Positions 39,170 to 52,929 of a stretch of 64,000 nt of DNA are shown piece after piece (within the stretch, counting starts at the first letter, position 1; each line of letters begins with the position of its first letter). The stretch is from Mobula hypostoma. Lineage: Eukaryota. Both the position numbers and the translations under genes were made by a program. The DNA lies in contig NC_086097.1 of NCBI RefSeq assembly GCF_963921235.1, positions 188,668,001 through 188,732,000 on the forward strand, written 5' to 3'. The notes under the pieces were generated by a model. The model saw only the letters and a program-made list of their open reading frames with translations, was not told the DNA's origin and did not search any database.

Positions 39170-39850
39170 GTCCATTGCTCAAACATGGCAATAGGGAGAA
39201 GCCTAGAAAATAAAGGCCAGTGGCAGGGAAGATTCTGTATGTCAAGTTTTCCGTTCATTTGGAAAGGCAGGGACTGATTAGGAAGAGTGAGTATGGTTTT
39301 GTGCTGAGAAGATAATGTCTTGCAAATCTGATCGCATTTTTTTTTAAAGGAGGTAACAAAGAAAATTGATGAAGGCAGATCAGTAGAAGTGATTTACGAG
39401 ATCTTTAGTACAGATTTTGACAAAGTCTTAGATGGGAGGTTGATCCAGAAGGTTAAGGTACAAGTGATCCAAAATGTTCTAGCAAACAAGATCCAAAACG
39501 GGCCAGGCAGAGTGCAATGGTTGAGGGGTGTTTTTCTGACTGGAAGTCCATAACAAGAGGTATACCACAATGACTAGTGATGGGACTTTTTTTGTTTGTA
39601 ATGTATAAATAACTTGGATGTACTCTTACCACATAGGTGGTAAGAGAAGTAAGTTTGAAGAAAATATGAAAATTAGTGGAGTCATAGAAGTTTGTTGAAG
39701 AATACAGTGGGACACAGATCAGCTGCAGAGTTGGGGGCAGAGTGGTGGCAGATGGAATATAATCCAGACAAGTATGAAGTAATGCAAATTCCATTAGAAT
39801 ACACAGTAAAAGGCTGGGAGCACTGATATACAGAGGGACCTTGGGTTGAA
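39170..39850 (+). mobile_element. Old CR1 RT fragment
   Basis: Degenerate GFV..CL.NL..FF.EVTK.IDEG, FDKV and WQMEYNPDK. Confidence 0.65.
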
Positions 39851-42800
39851 AGTGCTGGAATCTCTGGAAATTCCACTAAGCAATTCTTGACACAAGTCAT
39901 CTTTGTAGCCTGGATGCCATTACAAAGGGAACTCAGACTGCATTGCCATGGGAGTGAACATGGTTTACTGACAGTAGCATTGGATTGGAAGTAGTATGAG
40001 GTGTTGACCCTGACCACTCATTCTGCACGATCCCAATCTTGACCACTAATTCTAATTCTCTCCCTACCCTCATAATTGTACCGGCTGGTCCCAGATTTCT
40101 GGGAAAGAAGAAAACAAAATAGTTTTGGGTAGCAGAGAAGATGAGAAAAGGATGTGCAGAACAATAGGTATATCCGTGATAAGATGAGAACAGATAAAGA
40201 GATAACCTCTTTAGTTAAGTAACAATGAAAATCAATAAAGTTCCTTTGTCTGTTTATTGTATTACTAATTGTAAGATTGTGGGATATGACCAACAGGCCA
40301 GCCTGTACAAAAATAAGAGGAAAAATAGAGCCTAAATTATAACAGACCAGATCCATTAGATATAAAGAAAGAATGGGTTGGCTGAAGTTGGAGAATTTGA
40401 CAGCTGAAATCTCAGAGGATCCCAGACAGAAGGTCTTGATCCTCAAGGTTCTGCTTGATCTCATTGAAACAGCACAGGAGATAACAACAGAAGTGCTAGC
40501 GTGGAAGTGCAAATAATATGGTAGATAACCAGACGTTCTTCGTTACACAAGTATTCCACAGCATGCTTACCCAATTGCATATGGCAGCTCCAAAGCAGGT
40601 AAGGTCAGATAGTGCAGTACACTAGATTTCTCTTTATTCACTCTTGCCATGTTGTTCTCCATTAGTATTAGTTTCAGACCATTTTCTCTTTTACATGACA
40701 TTTAATTTGAAACAAAACTTTTAATTTCTCTGCCATTTCTTTATTCCTTAATTTACTTTCTCCTCTCCCAATATACAAGGCAACATTAAATTTTGCTAAT
40801 CTTTTTCTTTTTGCATATCAGTTGACAATTTTATAGTCTGTATGTTTCCTACTTGGTGACTCTCATATACTTTTATATCTATCATAATCAAAATACTTTC
40901 CTTGTTGAATTCTGAAATCTACCCCAATCCTCAAGTTCACAGCTCCAGTTTGGTATCATTTCATTTTCATTTGATTTAAATACTTGTCAGCACAGGCCTG
41001 ATTCCCTGAACTGAGTTTCATTAAAGATGCCTGAAGCTTGTAGAGAGCACCAGAATGTCTATGCAAATAAATCTGAAACATTGTGAGTTTCATTCATAGG
41101 TAATTCTCTCTGTACCATGCTATTACATAATTGGAATATAAATTTGATTTTAAATGGAAATGTACTGGTTTAGCTTCTTCTAATGGTCTGCTCTGAACCT
41201 TCACTGAATTCAATGGAAACAAAACTTCACAGAAAGTATAACAATGACTGAATCACTATTGTTAATTTTCAACACTCATTCAAGATATTTAAATAAATAC
41301 CTACTGTGCATAATTCCCAAATGACCATTATAGAACATCAAAGAAAATATGAAATGTCAGAGTTACAAAGTGCAATATTCTCAGAATTTTATACAGCAAT
41401 GTAAGTGTTTAACTATTTCAAGTGCAAACCAGATTTTCATTCTGTTCAATTACATAGTTAGTTATAAGACATTCTGTACTAATACATGCTAGTTTTAAGT
41501 TGTAGTATTCAAACTGAATAGGCCTTCAAGTGCTAGCATTCAAATTGAAAGTTCTAAACAAATTGTGAAAATGAATTTAAAAATATATGAAACAATAATC
41601 ATTAAGGATTTTATCAAAGAGGGAGGTAAAGAGAATATGGAAAAGAATTTCCTACGAAGTATACAGGAGTTCTGCCTTAATCAGTATGTAAAAAGCCCAA
41701 AAAGTCATGATTCATTTTTGGAGCTGGTAATGTGTAATGAATCAGACTTAGTAAGACAATTAAAGAAGCACAGGTGTCTTAACAGTCACAATGTCCATCT
41801 GCTAATATGAGGCCACTACCATAGTTGTCTCACTATCAGCCTGGCCGCTTGTGAAAGAAGCGCAATCCCACAACAGCACAGGAATTTCTTCTCAGGATTG
41901 AAGAATGAAAGAGGAGTTCCAATGGGTAGGGAGAAGGACTGAGAGGAATGTGCAAAGAGCACTGAGTGCAGGGTAGAGGAAAGAGAGGGGTGCAGGAAAA
42001 GAGATTAAATTGCACGAGTCACAAGTGGCATGGTGTGGCGTGGCATGGACGTCTGAAGGGAAAAAAAGTGGATGCTCCTCCCTTTGGAAGCAAGAACCAG
42101 TACTCGCTGATGGGTTTTGTCATCAAGAATGAATTTTCCTGCTATCTCAGTGATTACTTGACCCCACCTGTCCCACCCATAAGTGAAACCCTCATGATAT
42201 GCAGGCTCATTTTAACATGCAGCCACTGTGCTACAATGTTCAGCACATACACCCCAACCATGGAAGTTACAAGTGAGGGAAGATGGATGTCCACTCCATT
42301 CTAGAAAGAACACTAGCCCTCTTCTGGAGAGGGACAAACAAATCTTTTTGGGTGAAATAGATGCCAGAATTAGAAAAAAGACAGAATCTACTAGAAAGGC
42401 AAAGGAGAAAGTCAATTCCAACAGAGTGCTTTTCATTTAAAAATGAAACATGGGTGTATTGAATATTTGATTGAATGCTACTTAAACATCAGTTTGGCTC
42501 CAAAACAAATGACCACAGAGACATTGCCACATGATCATCAACCTTGAAGGTATTAAGAACCAAAGATAGTCCTTCAATCCAGTAAGATGGCTACATGTTT
42601 GCATGCAACAACCTTTCAAACAACCTAAGTTGCTTTTTTCTTTGCTAGTTGTGTTTTTATGATAACAAGACAATTCTACTCCAAGAACTTTGGACACCGC
42701 AGGGCTATCCCAAAAGGGAGATGCTCGCTGATTGGAATAGCTGGACTAGTTCATCGACAGAGCCAGCCAAGGTGTCAAAGGAGCCGGCCGGGATGTTGAA

Positions 42801-43224
42801 GGAGCCAGACTGGGTTTGAAGGAGCAGACTTGGTTGTAGACCATGTTGTTGCCTGCTACTTGATGTTGGTGTACGAAGGCAATATGCAGTATGACCATGG
42901 GTGATTATCGTGGACATTTCACTTGCAATTGCAAAACTATGTTGGACAGTGATAAGGTAAGTTGCTATAGGCCTATTACCCTTGTCTGGTAACGCCACAG
43001 ACAACATGAGAGCTATGTAGCAGACCAGGTAAGGAGCCGTGTGAAGTGGTGCAGCAAGGCATCCATGCTCAGTGGGGGGGGGGCTAGCCTCGCCTATCAG
43101 TGCTGCCCTCCGGTGTTCGATCAGTGTATTGCCATGCTGGATTACTTGCATCTCTGCACTGCTGGGAGGTTGTACTATCAATTGCAGGACATGTCACTCA
43201 GGGGTTTTGATTATTCGGCCACAG

Positions 43225-45186
43225 CACCACAATACACAGGAGCAGAATTCGCCCATTTGGCCCATTGAGTCTGCTCCGCCATTCAATCATGGCTGATCCT
43301 TTCTTTACCCCCCATCCTCAGCCCCAATCCCTGACCTTCTCCCGTAACCTTTGATGCTGTGGCCAATCAAGAACCTATCAATCTCTGCCTTAAATACACC
43401 CACTACCTGGCCTCCACTGCTGCCTATGGTAACAAATTCCACAAATTTACCATCCTCTGGCTGAGGATGGCCCTCTAACCTGAGGCTGTGCCCTCTTGTC
43501 CTAGACTCCCCAACCATGGGAAATATCCCTTCCACATCTACTCTGACTAGGCCTTTCAACACTCGAAGGGTTTCAATGAGATCCAGCAAGTAACAGGCCC
43601 AGAACCATCAAACGTACCTCATATGATAACTCTTTCATTCCCGGAATCATCCTTGTGAACCTCCTCTGAACCCTCTCCAATGCCAGCACATTTTTTTTTT
43701 TTTTTTAAAGGAGCCCAAAACTGTTCACTATACTGAAGGCAAGGCGTCACTAGTGCCTTATTAAACCTCAGCATCACATCCCTGCTCTTATATTCTAGAC
43801 TTCTTTTGCAAGTTAATCTTTAGGGTGTTCTACACAAGGACACCCAAGTCCCTTAACATCTCACACTTTTGGATTTTGTCTATTTAGAAAATAGTCTGCA
43901 CATTTATTTCTTCTACCAGAGTGCATGACCATGTATTTTCTAACACTTTGCTGCTTTCTCACCCATTCTCCTAATTTGTCCAAGTCCTTCTGCAGCCTTC
44001 CTGTTTGCTTAACACTACCTGCCCCTCCACCAATCTTCATGTCATCTGCAAACTTGGCAACAAAGCAATCTATTCCATCATCTATATCATTGATTTACAG
44101 CATAAAAAGAAGCGGTCCCAACTGACCCCTGCGGTACACCACTAGTCACCAGCAGCCAACCAGACAAGGATCCTTTTATTCCCACTTGCTGACTCCTACC
44201 AATCAGTCAACGCTCTAACCATGGTAGTAACTTTCCTACAACACCATGAGTTCTTCACTTATTAAACAGCCTCATGTGTAGCACCTTGTCAAAAGCCTTC
44301 TAAAAATCTAAATAGACAATATCCACTGCATCCTCTTTATCTATCCTACTTATAACCTCTTTAAAGAATTCCAACAGGTTCATCAGGCAACATTTTCCCT
44401 TAAGGGAACTATGTTGACTTTGTCCTATCCTGTCTTGTACTCATCCTTAATAATTGACTCCAACATTTTCCCAACAACTGAGGTGAGGCTAATAGGTCTA
44501 CAATTTCCTTTCTGCTGCCTCCCTCATTTCTAACAGAGTGGAGTGGCATTTCCAATTTTTCAGTCCTCCAGAACCATGCCACAGTCCAATGATTCTTGAA
44601 ATATCTTTAATATTGCCTCTACAATCTCTACCACTACCTCTTTCAGAATCCAAGGGTGCAGTTCAACTGGTCCGGGTGACTTATGTACCCTCAAGTCTTT
44701 TGGCTTTTTCAGTACCTTGTCCCTTGTAATAGTAACCGCACTCACTTCTCTTCCTTCACACCCTTCAACATCTGGCACACTGCTAGAGTCTTGCACAGTG
44801 AAGACTGATGCAAAATACTCATTTAGTTCATCTGCCATCTCCTTGTCACCCCTGTTATTATTTCTCCAGCCTCATTTTCTAGCGGTCCTATATTTACTCT
44901 CATCTCTCTTTTATTTTCTATATGTTGAAAAAGCTTCTTCTATCCAGCTTGAGATTGCTTGCTGGCTTGCTTTCATATTTCATCTTCTCCCCCCCCCCCC
45001 AATAACTCTTAGTTGCTTTCTGTAGGCTTTTTAATGCTTCCCAATACTCTATTTTCCTGCTAATTTTTGTTTTGTTGTATGCCTTCACTTTTGCTTTTAC
45101 ATTAGTTTTGACCTTGTCAGCCACAGTTGTACTATTTTGCCATTTGAGTGTTCCTTTGCTTTTGGAATACATCTATCCTGCACCTA
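43225..45186 (-). mobile_element. Decayed CR1 (related to 19142-22086 and 1641-3278)
   Basis: MADELNEYFASVFT, KSPGP..LHP.ILKE, FADD region, 3' UTR. Confidence 0.9.
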
Positions 45187-45189
45187 CAT

Positions 45190-45850
45190 CGAGGATGCAG
45201 AGCTAAGTAGTTATGGCACCCGACGGAGACTCCTTTGCTTGTATCTTCGAAAACAGTTCTATTTCCATCTTTAATATCTCTATTTTTCCCTTTCAGGGTT
45301 CTCTTGAAGACCCTGACCTAGAGTTACACGCTGACCACGGTTCTTTGCAGGAATGGGACCTGCTTTCGGGGTTCCAAAATCAGCCACTAATCGGCATGGC
45401 AAAGTCTCGGCCTAAGATTTCGGCCCTGGGATCTCGAGGAACTGGAGACAGGCAGATCAAGGGTCGGTGTCACCACAGGAGACCCATGTGTCGTTGGGAG
45501 AGTTGGAACATCTGCTGTGTGCCTGGGGACCGGGATCTTTCCGATCTTCAGGCAAAGAGCTTGAAAAAAGCGACATAACGGACTTTTTAACATCGTAAAC
45601 CAGCCAGTTGTTTGTTGTCTCTCCCCGCTCGTTGGAAAATGGAGTCACCGCTCTCTCCCTTATTAGGAAAGAAAGAGCCTGCAGCATGTCGAATTATTGT
45701 GTGAACAATGTAGTCTTTGGGGTAACTGCAAGTCTGTGTCTTTGCTCACGTTTGAGTTCTGGTAGTGGGTGCGCTTTATTTTTGCCGGTAGGGAGAGGGG
45801 GGTTGTTGCACACTGCCACTTACGCGCGGGAGAGAGGGGAGCTGTTTTGT
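45190..45850. repeat. Unclassified GC/CpG-richer interspersed repeat
   Basis: Abrupt compositional shift adjoining the 5' end of a CR1; no recognisable protein motif. Confidence 0.4.
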
Positions 45851-46199
45851 TGAGCTGTATCTATGTATGGTTGAATGATAGTGACAACCAAATGGTCCAC
45901 CTTAATTAGTAGCTACAAACAGCTAAATAATCACAGCAAAAAGCATTCTTGGATTGGAAAATCCATGTCACTTCAGGGAAGAGGAAAATCCATATGGATA
46001 GCTGAAGGCCATGACTCAAAACATAGGATTTGAAAGTGACCATAATCCATAATAGAGAATGATACAATATGAATAAAATCAATTTAGTAAATGAAGAAAA
46101 GGTAATTCTGAGAAGCAAAGAACAGATCTTTGGAAAATAAGCAGCAATATTGATAAACAATATACCAAATTATTAATAATATTAAAATAATGGTCAACA

Positions 46200-48050
46200 G
46201 AAAAAAAACTACCAAAAGAAAAAGAATATGCAAGCCTCTATGGATGAATAAAGACATATCGCAACAGCAGAAAGCAAGGGAAGAGGTACACATTAATTGA
46301 ATGCCTTAAAAAAAGGGAGTATGAAGAGAGAAATAAAAAACAAAGTTAAGAATACAACTAAGAAATAATATTAATAAGGAACATAAAATGAAACAGTAGA
46401 ATATTTCAGATATATCAAATAGAACAAAAAGTCTGGGCTAGGAATAGGGCCCTTACAGGATCAATAAGACAGAGTTACAATTAAAAACAGGGAGCATACA
46501 AAAATGTCCCAATACTCATTACAAGTTAATTCAAAATTAGTAAAAAAAGGATACAGGAAATAAACTAAAATTATAAAATCTCTGGTCTCAAAGGATGTCA
46601 TCCACAGATTTTAACACAATTGAGAGAAGTGACAGCTGAGACATTTCTACACATTTTAACTTATTAGTGAAAGGTGTAGAGCTGAAGAAATGATAAATTG
46701 CTAATGTAATACATCATTGTATATAACAAGGGTGGTACACATACTGAGAGAATGAGTAATAGATCAGTCAGCTTAACATGGTGGTAAAAGTATTGCAGTT
46801 CCTACCAAAGGAGAAAATGGTAGAACAGCAAGAAACAAGTAGTATAAGTCTGAAAAGTCAGCATGGATTTCAAAAAGGGAGGTCTTGCACGACCAGTTTT
46901 ATTGAACATCTTTGAACTTATATTGACAATATAGTAGATACAATTTATCTAGGCTACTGGAAGTCATTCAGTAAGGTACCCTACAGTAGATTAACGAGTA
47001 AGGTCACAAAAGGCAGACTCAGCAGACAAGCAGCAAACTGGATTGCTAATTTCATAATTCAAGAATTATGACCTGAAACCTAATTCAAGAATGAACAGCA
47101 GTTCATTCTAAAGAAAGAAGTGAGGTAGTGGGTGTTCCACCCGATTAGTGATGTGACTCCTGCTGTTCGCAACTTAAACTAAATGATCACAAACAAAAGA
47201 AAACCTACAGATGCTGGAAATCCAAGCAACATACACAAAATGCTAGAGAAACTCAGCAGGCCAGGCAGCATCTATGGAAAAGAGCACAGCTGATGTTACG
47301 GGTCCTGCTGAAGGGTCCCGACCCGAAACATCGACTGTACTTTTTCCATAGATGCTCGCCTGCTGAGTTCCTCCAGCATTTTGTGGGTGTGTTGCTTAAA
47401 CTAAATGATTTAGAGATTGGAATTAAGAGCTCAACTTCTAAATGTGCAAGTAATATCAAATTTGGGAGGGTGGTTCATAGTCAATACCAAGAATTAAAAC
47501 AAAATTTGAGGACAATATTTGACAGCTAATGTTCAACACAGGTAAATGTTATGTTGTATATTTTGTAGGGCGAATGGGGAGATCATTTATTATTTGGAAG
47601 ATGTAAGTCTAGGTGGGGTAAAAGGACAAACCGATGTCGGGGTACAAACATACCAACTAGTAAAATTTTACCATAAGCAAACATAGTCATAAAAGGAAAA
47701 AACAACAAACATTACTGGAGAGATATAGTCAAATATTTGGGCAGTTATGTTAAATATATATTAAATCTTGTTCAGAGTACACTTGGAGTTCTGTGTACAG
47801 TTCTGATAACCACTTTATTAACGTGCAATGAGGCAATGAGAAGGATGTATAAAAGATTTAAAAGAATTATAAGCAAAGTGAAAGGTATTTGAATCCGGAG
47901 AGGATGAATCAATTGGGTCCTTTGGTTGAAAAAAGAAAGTTGAAGGGTGAATGAATGATGAAAACAATGAAAGGTTTTAATAGGTTTTAACAGGAAGTAT
48001 GTATCCACTTGTGAAGAAGAACATAACTAAGCCATCAACAGAAGCCAGTC
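46200..48050 (+). mobile_element. Very old CR1, host of the 47188-47394 insert
   Basis: SQHGFQKGRSC, F.KVP and LEFCVQF traces. Confidence 0.65.
47188..47394 (-). mobile_element. Penelope-like fold-back remnant with degenerate hammerhead, inserted in an old CR1
   Basis: TSD cttaaactaaatgat at 47173-47187 and 47395-47409; inverted arms; tail at 47188-47223; gtc-CTGCTGA-A-GGGTC-cc-GACCC-GAAA-CATC-gac at 47302-47335 (+). Confidence 0.8.
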
Positions 48051-48755
48051 ACCAAGCAGTTTAACAAAGAATTCAGAAAACAATCAGCATCAGGTTTATC
48101 ATCGACAGATGTTGTGAAATTTGTTCGCATAGCGACAGCACAACAATGCAATACATAATTTTGGGGAGAAAAGTAAACCAAGTACAGTAAGTACATATAT
48201 GTATATTAAATAGTTAAATTAAAAACAGAAATAATATTAAAACAGTGAGGTAGTGTTCGTGGGTTCAAAACCAATTTAGGAATCAGGTGGCAGAGGGGAA
48301 GAAGCTGCTCCTGAATCGCTAAGTATGTGCCTTCAATGAAAAGAGGGTACGTCCTGGGTGATGGGGGTCTTTAATAATGGACGCCGTGAAGAATATTATG
48401 TGGGTATGCCCACAAGAAAATTAATCTCAGATAGAGTGACATTTATGTACTTTGAGAACAAATTTACTTTGAACCTTTCTTAAATACTGTAATTCAGTAC
48501 ATTACAAATGTAATAGAAAGTTAAACTGTTAACAAATATAGACTGAATTGACCTTACATCATGTGGCAACAATACACTCATCATAAAAAAAAGTCACAGT
48601 AATTTTGGAGATTTTTCCAATTATGATACCAATTATTTGCTGATTAAACACTGTATTTTCAGATATCCCACTAAATACTTCTGAAGTAATTTACCTTTGT
48701 TGTCCCAAATCATAGTTACTTCTCATTATCTATATTTCAAGCATTCTTTACACAC

Positions 48756-48822
48756 CTTGTTCTAGCCCTTGTAGAAGATTCACCTCCATTTACGTGGATG
48801 GCATCTCCATTCTGCTGAACTT
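48756..48822 (-). CDS. WWP1: WWP1 coding exon 5 (linker)
   Basis: (K)VQQNGDAIHVNGGESSTRART; 67 nt; acag / gtgtgt; phases fit the neighbouring exons. Confidence 0.9.
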
Positions 48823-48956
48823 CTGTTTAAAAGAAATTCAGTTAAATGGACATATATTAACAAACTACTAAAGTGATTTTGAAGTAACTAAAAAACAAAT
48901 ACAAAGTATGTTACCATATTATACTAACTAACAGGTTATATTTTATATTTACTCAC

Positions 48957-49094
48957 TGGTTGCTGATGTATTGCCATTGGGTACGGATTCCTGATCCACT
49001 GTCATTCCATCAAGGAAAACAGTCAAGTCACCAGTTTGTACTACCCCAGTCTTATTTTCTAATGTCAGCTTCAATACTTCTTTAACATTCTCCA
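48957..49094 (-). CDS. WWP1: WWP1 coding exon 4 (end of C2)
   Basis: (L)ENVKEVLKLTLENKTGVVQTGDLTVFLDGMTVDQESVPNGNTSAT; 138 nt; ttag / gtgagt. Confidence 0.95.
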
Positions 49095-49529
49095 CTAATG
49101 AAAAACAATATAAACACAGCACATTTTGTTTGTTGATAAGTCTACAGAAACAGCCTGTATAATTAGAATTATCAGTATTTTTCTTGCGCAGTATTGTGTA
49201 TTTAGCTTGTAGCTAGAAAAAATAACTATTAAAATAAATTCCATCTAGACTACCTTTAAGATAGAAAACAGGCAATATATTTTTTAAAAGATGAAGAAAG
49301 AGAAGAAATTTTACTCTGAAGAAAATATTAAGAATGACGAAAAGCTGAGGTTAAAGTGCCTGTTACAGGAAAAGTCTTAGAGAACAGAAGCAGAAATGTT
49401 TGGAATTCCCAAGTGGGGAAGCTGTACAGTTCAAGGCATAACTGCCCATTAGGGGCCAAGGAAAGAGAATGCAAAATAGCTTTCAGTCAAGAAAATGAAT
49501 CTTAAAGTGAAACTGCAATGCAATTATTA

Positions 49530-49814
<285 letters not shown>

Positions 49815-50606
49815 TCATAGTTAATTTTGAAAGTTTATATGCATCCACTATTTCTTTTTAATCAGGCGTTTGAAGATTGTTAACTAAGTTTGAAGATAGT
49901 TAACTAAAACTTCTGTATCAAAAAGAGGATATTTTACCGCTGTAAATCTTCTGACTCATCTGATTGAGATGGCATAACTGGTGAAGAGTGTTTAATATAT
50001 TTTCATTGTTAAAAACCAGAGGTAATAAGTAAACTTATCTTCAGGGTTGATAAACCCAGACACATAATACTGTATATTCAATGGGACTGATTTGCTGAAT
50101 AAAACCAGAGAAGGACACACAGAAAATTAATTAATTCTCACAACTGCATGAGGTTCATAGTATAGGAGGACCATTTCACCCACTAAGCTTTCTATACCCA
50201 TTGCTCACTAAACTTCCCCAGCCTACTGTTGAACTGCAGTTTCCTGGATTAGGCAGTTTGGATCAGACTCCATTCACATAAAGGAATCTGTTCAACTCTC
50301 AACCCTCACACTTCTGTCAGTCATTTGAGGAGACACTAAGAATCTACCTAACAAAGTTACTGAGATTGAATAGCAGAAAAAGTCTGTAGCTCAGTATCAC
50401 CAAGAATATCCTTGAACTTCTTCCTGTTTAAGCTTAATTTTAGCACTTCGCCTTTGTAGAAATTTTAAAAAACATAAGTTACACAATGCAATACACTGTA
50501 ATTTAGTAAAAGGTTATGAACATATCTGCAAACTTATATTAATATTTCTTATTAAAGGAGAAGAATGTCATAGAAGGTTAATTAATCATGTTATAATTTT
50601 GCTTAC

Positions 50607-50745
50607 ATTGTTAAGTGCTCATCCCATTTTGGATTGGATGAACTATTTGATTTTGCAGATTTCTTTAGTTCTCCATCTGCTGATAGTTCCACATAGACTG
50701 CAGTTCCAAACCAATTCTTTCTTCTTTTTAACTTTGCAGAAGCAA
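50607..50745 (-). CDS. WWP1: WWP1 coding exon 2 (C2 domain)
   Basis: (V)ASAKLKRRKNWFGTAVYVELSADGELKKSAKSNSSSNPKWDEHLT; 139 nt; aatag / gtaagc. Confidence 0.95.
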
Positions 50746-52929
50746 CTATTAAGTAAAATTGTGATACAAATTTAAGTAAATGCAGATAAGAAATTTTTTA
50801 ATCCCCACAATATCAAAATAAAACTACACAACAAAATTTCTGTTTGGACCTTAGAAGGCATTCTTATCTGTATCACCAAAACTATTAAAAACTTTTTTGC
50901 ATATGGAAATTCCACAATGATAAATCATTCTCCATTTCATCAAATATGTTTATACTAAAGCCACTGTTTTCATTAATATGCTTGCAACAGATTTTTAGAT
51001 GGGCAATCTGAATTAAAGATATTTCTATCAGTAATAGAGGAAACATTGTGAGAAACCAACTGTGCATCTTTATACGCAAACCAGAAAGAATCTGAATCAA
51101 TCATACAAGAGTTCTTATACCTTGCAGGAAATAAAAAAGCCATGAATGTCTAAACACAAGAATAGTTAAAGATTAAGAAAGGCCAAGTTCGCCCATTGTG
51201 ATATTTTACTGTTCTCTGAAGATTTTCAATACCTAAATCAGCAAATAGTTGAAATTACAGCCCAAAAATCTTACTCATATTTAGCTTACACTGCATTTAA
51301 GTCTAAATTTTCTCATCCAACTTTGACTTACTTTAATTGATAATACTGGTTTATCTTATTCAGAAGTTTATGTTCTTAATAAAATTAGTTTTCCTTTTCT
51401 CCCACAGGTCAACCTCCTTGTGTGCAAGTCAATTATTGTGCACTTTACTAGACTTTCATTGCATGTACATAGACTAATTATGTTCCCCATTATATACAGG
51501 GAAGACAAGTTATTGCCTTTTCTCTCCCCTCCATAACAAGCTACATTACTGGCTACTGATTCCATCCCCCTCCCTGATAGTTGACTGAACCCATACTTGT
51601 AATGTTGGTGTCATAGCTGCCACCAAGTCACATTTCTGACCATATTTCCAATGGTGTCACTTAGTCAACCCTTGAATATTACCAACTCCACCCTGTCTCA
51701 ACTATCTCCAACTGAAAGCACCACAGAAGCTCTTAGTAGCTTTGGATATGGTTGTTTTAACCTATTTTTGGACCTCACTCACATCTGTAAACTTCAGTAT
51801 TTTCTAAACTTCACTATCTGTATCCTAAATCAAATCAAAGCCCATTTATCCATTCTCTGTGTTTGCTAACTTCATTAACTTTTAGATAAACAATGATAGC
51901 AACATTTTCTTTTTTTCAAAACCACCCATAGCCTTCCCTCTCTCTTTAACCTCTTCAAGCCTTGTGATTTCCCAAGTTTTCTGTGATTATTAGATATATC
52001 TGTTTTGTTCAACCTCAGTTTTAACCATCTACCATTGCTATCCACATCTTCACTTACAAAGACCCTTAGCTCTGAATCCCCTCCTAAACCTCTCCACCTT
52101 ACTATCCAACTCTCCTCTTTGAGGATTTTTCTTTAGAAACCTGTATCTTTGACCAAATATTTAATCATCTGCCCTGCAACCCATTGTGGGCTCAGTATCA
52201 AATAATCAAATGCATTTATACTTAGATATTCAACTATTTCAAAAGGTAACAAAGGTATCATACTACAAAAGAAATAGAATCTGGCCAAAGCACAGTGAAT
52301 GTTTCCGATAATTTCATATAATTATCTTCACATTTCCTTAGAAATAAGCAATGACACTGATAGATTGTTTCTCTGGAAACCTGCATAGACCCGTGTGGTT
52401 AAAAGAATAAAACAAAGCAGTATTCTATCAATTTTGTAGTGGCTTTCCTGCACTGTATACACATTGAATTATTATACTATTACAGTATTCTAATTTCCAA
52501 TCTTTACACAATTGCTTTTAGGATCATTCAGCAATACAATGTTTTCCAAAAAAAACTTAAGATCTCAGTTATCAAATAGTAGATAATTGTATCGAGTGTA
52601 TCATCAATACAGTCTAACTTGCAAGATGACTCGCTCAATTCCATTCAATTATGTCTCACATTAAAATATTTTGCTGCCTATTAATCAATCATGTGACCAA
52701 ATAGATTGCCAAAAGAAATGAAGCATGGAAATGTATTTAAAAAATGAAGTTTCAATAAAAATGATGTTAACTTTATGTTGGTTTATTTAATGGCAATAAA
52801 TTAGCATTAAAAGAACCATTATTATTAAAATTAATAACAGCTTTATTTAAAATATATTTTTTTTAATTATTAGAATTAAAAGCTCACAAATCTTTTGGAA
52901 GGACTGTTCCTTGCAAGCCCACGCAGAAA

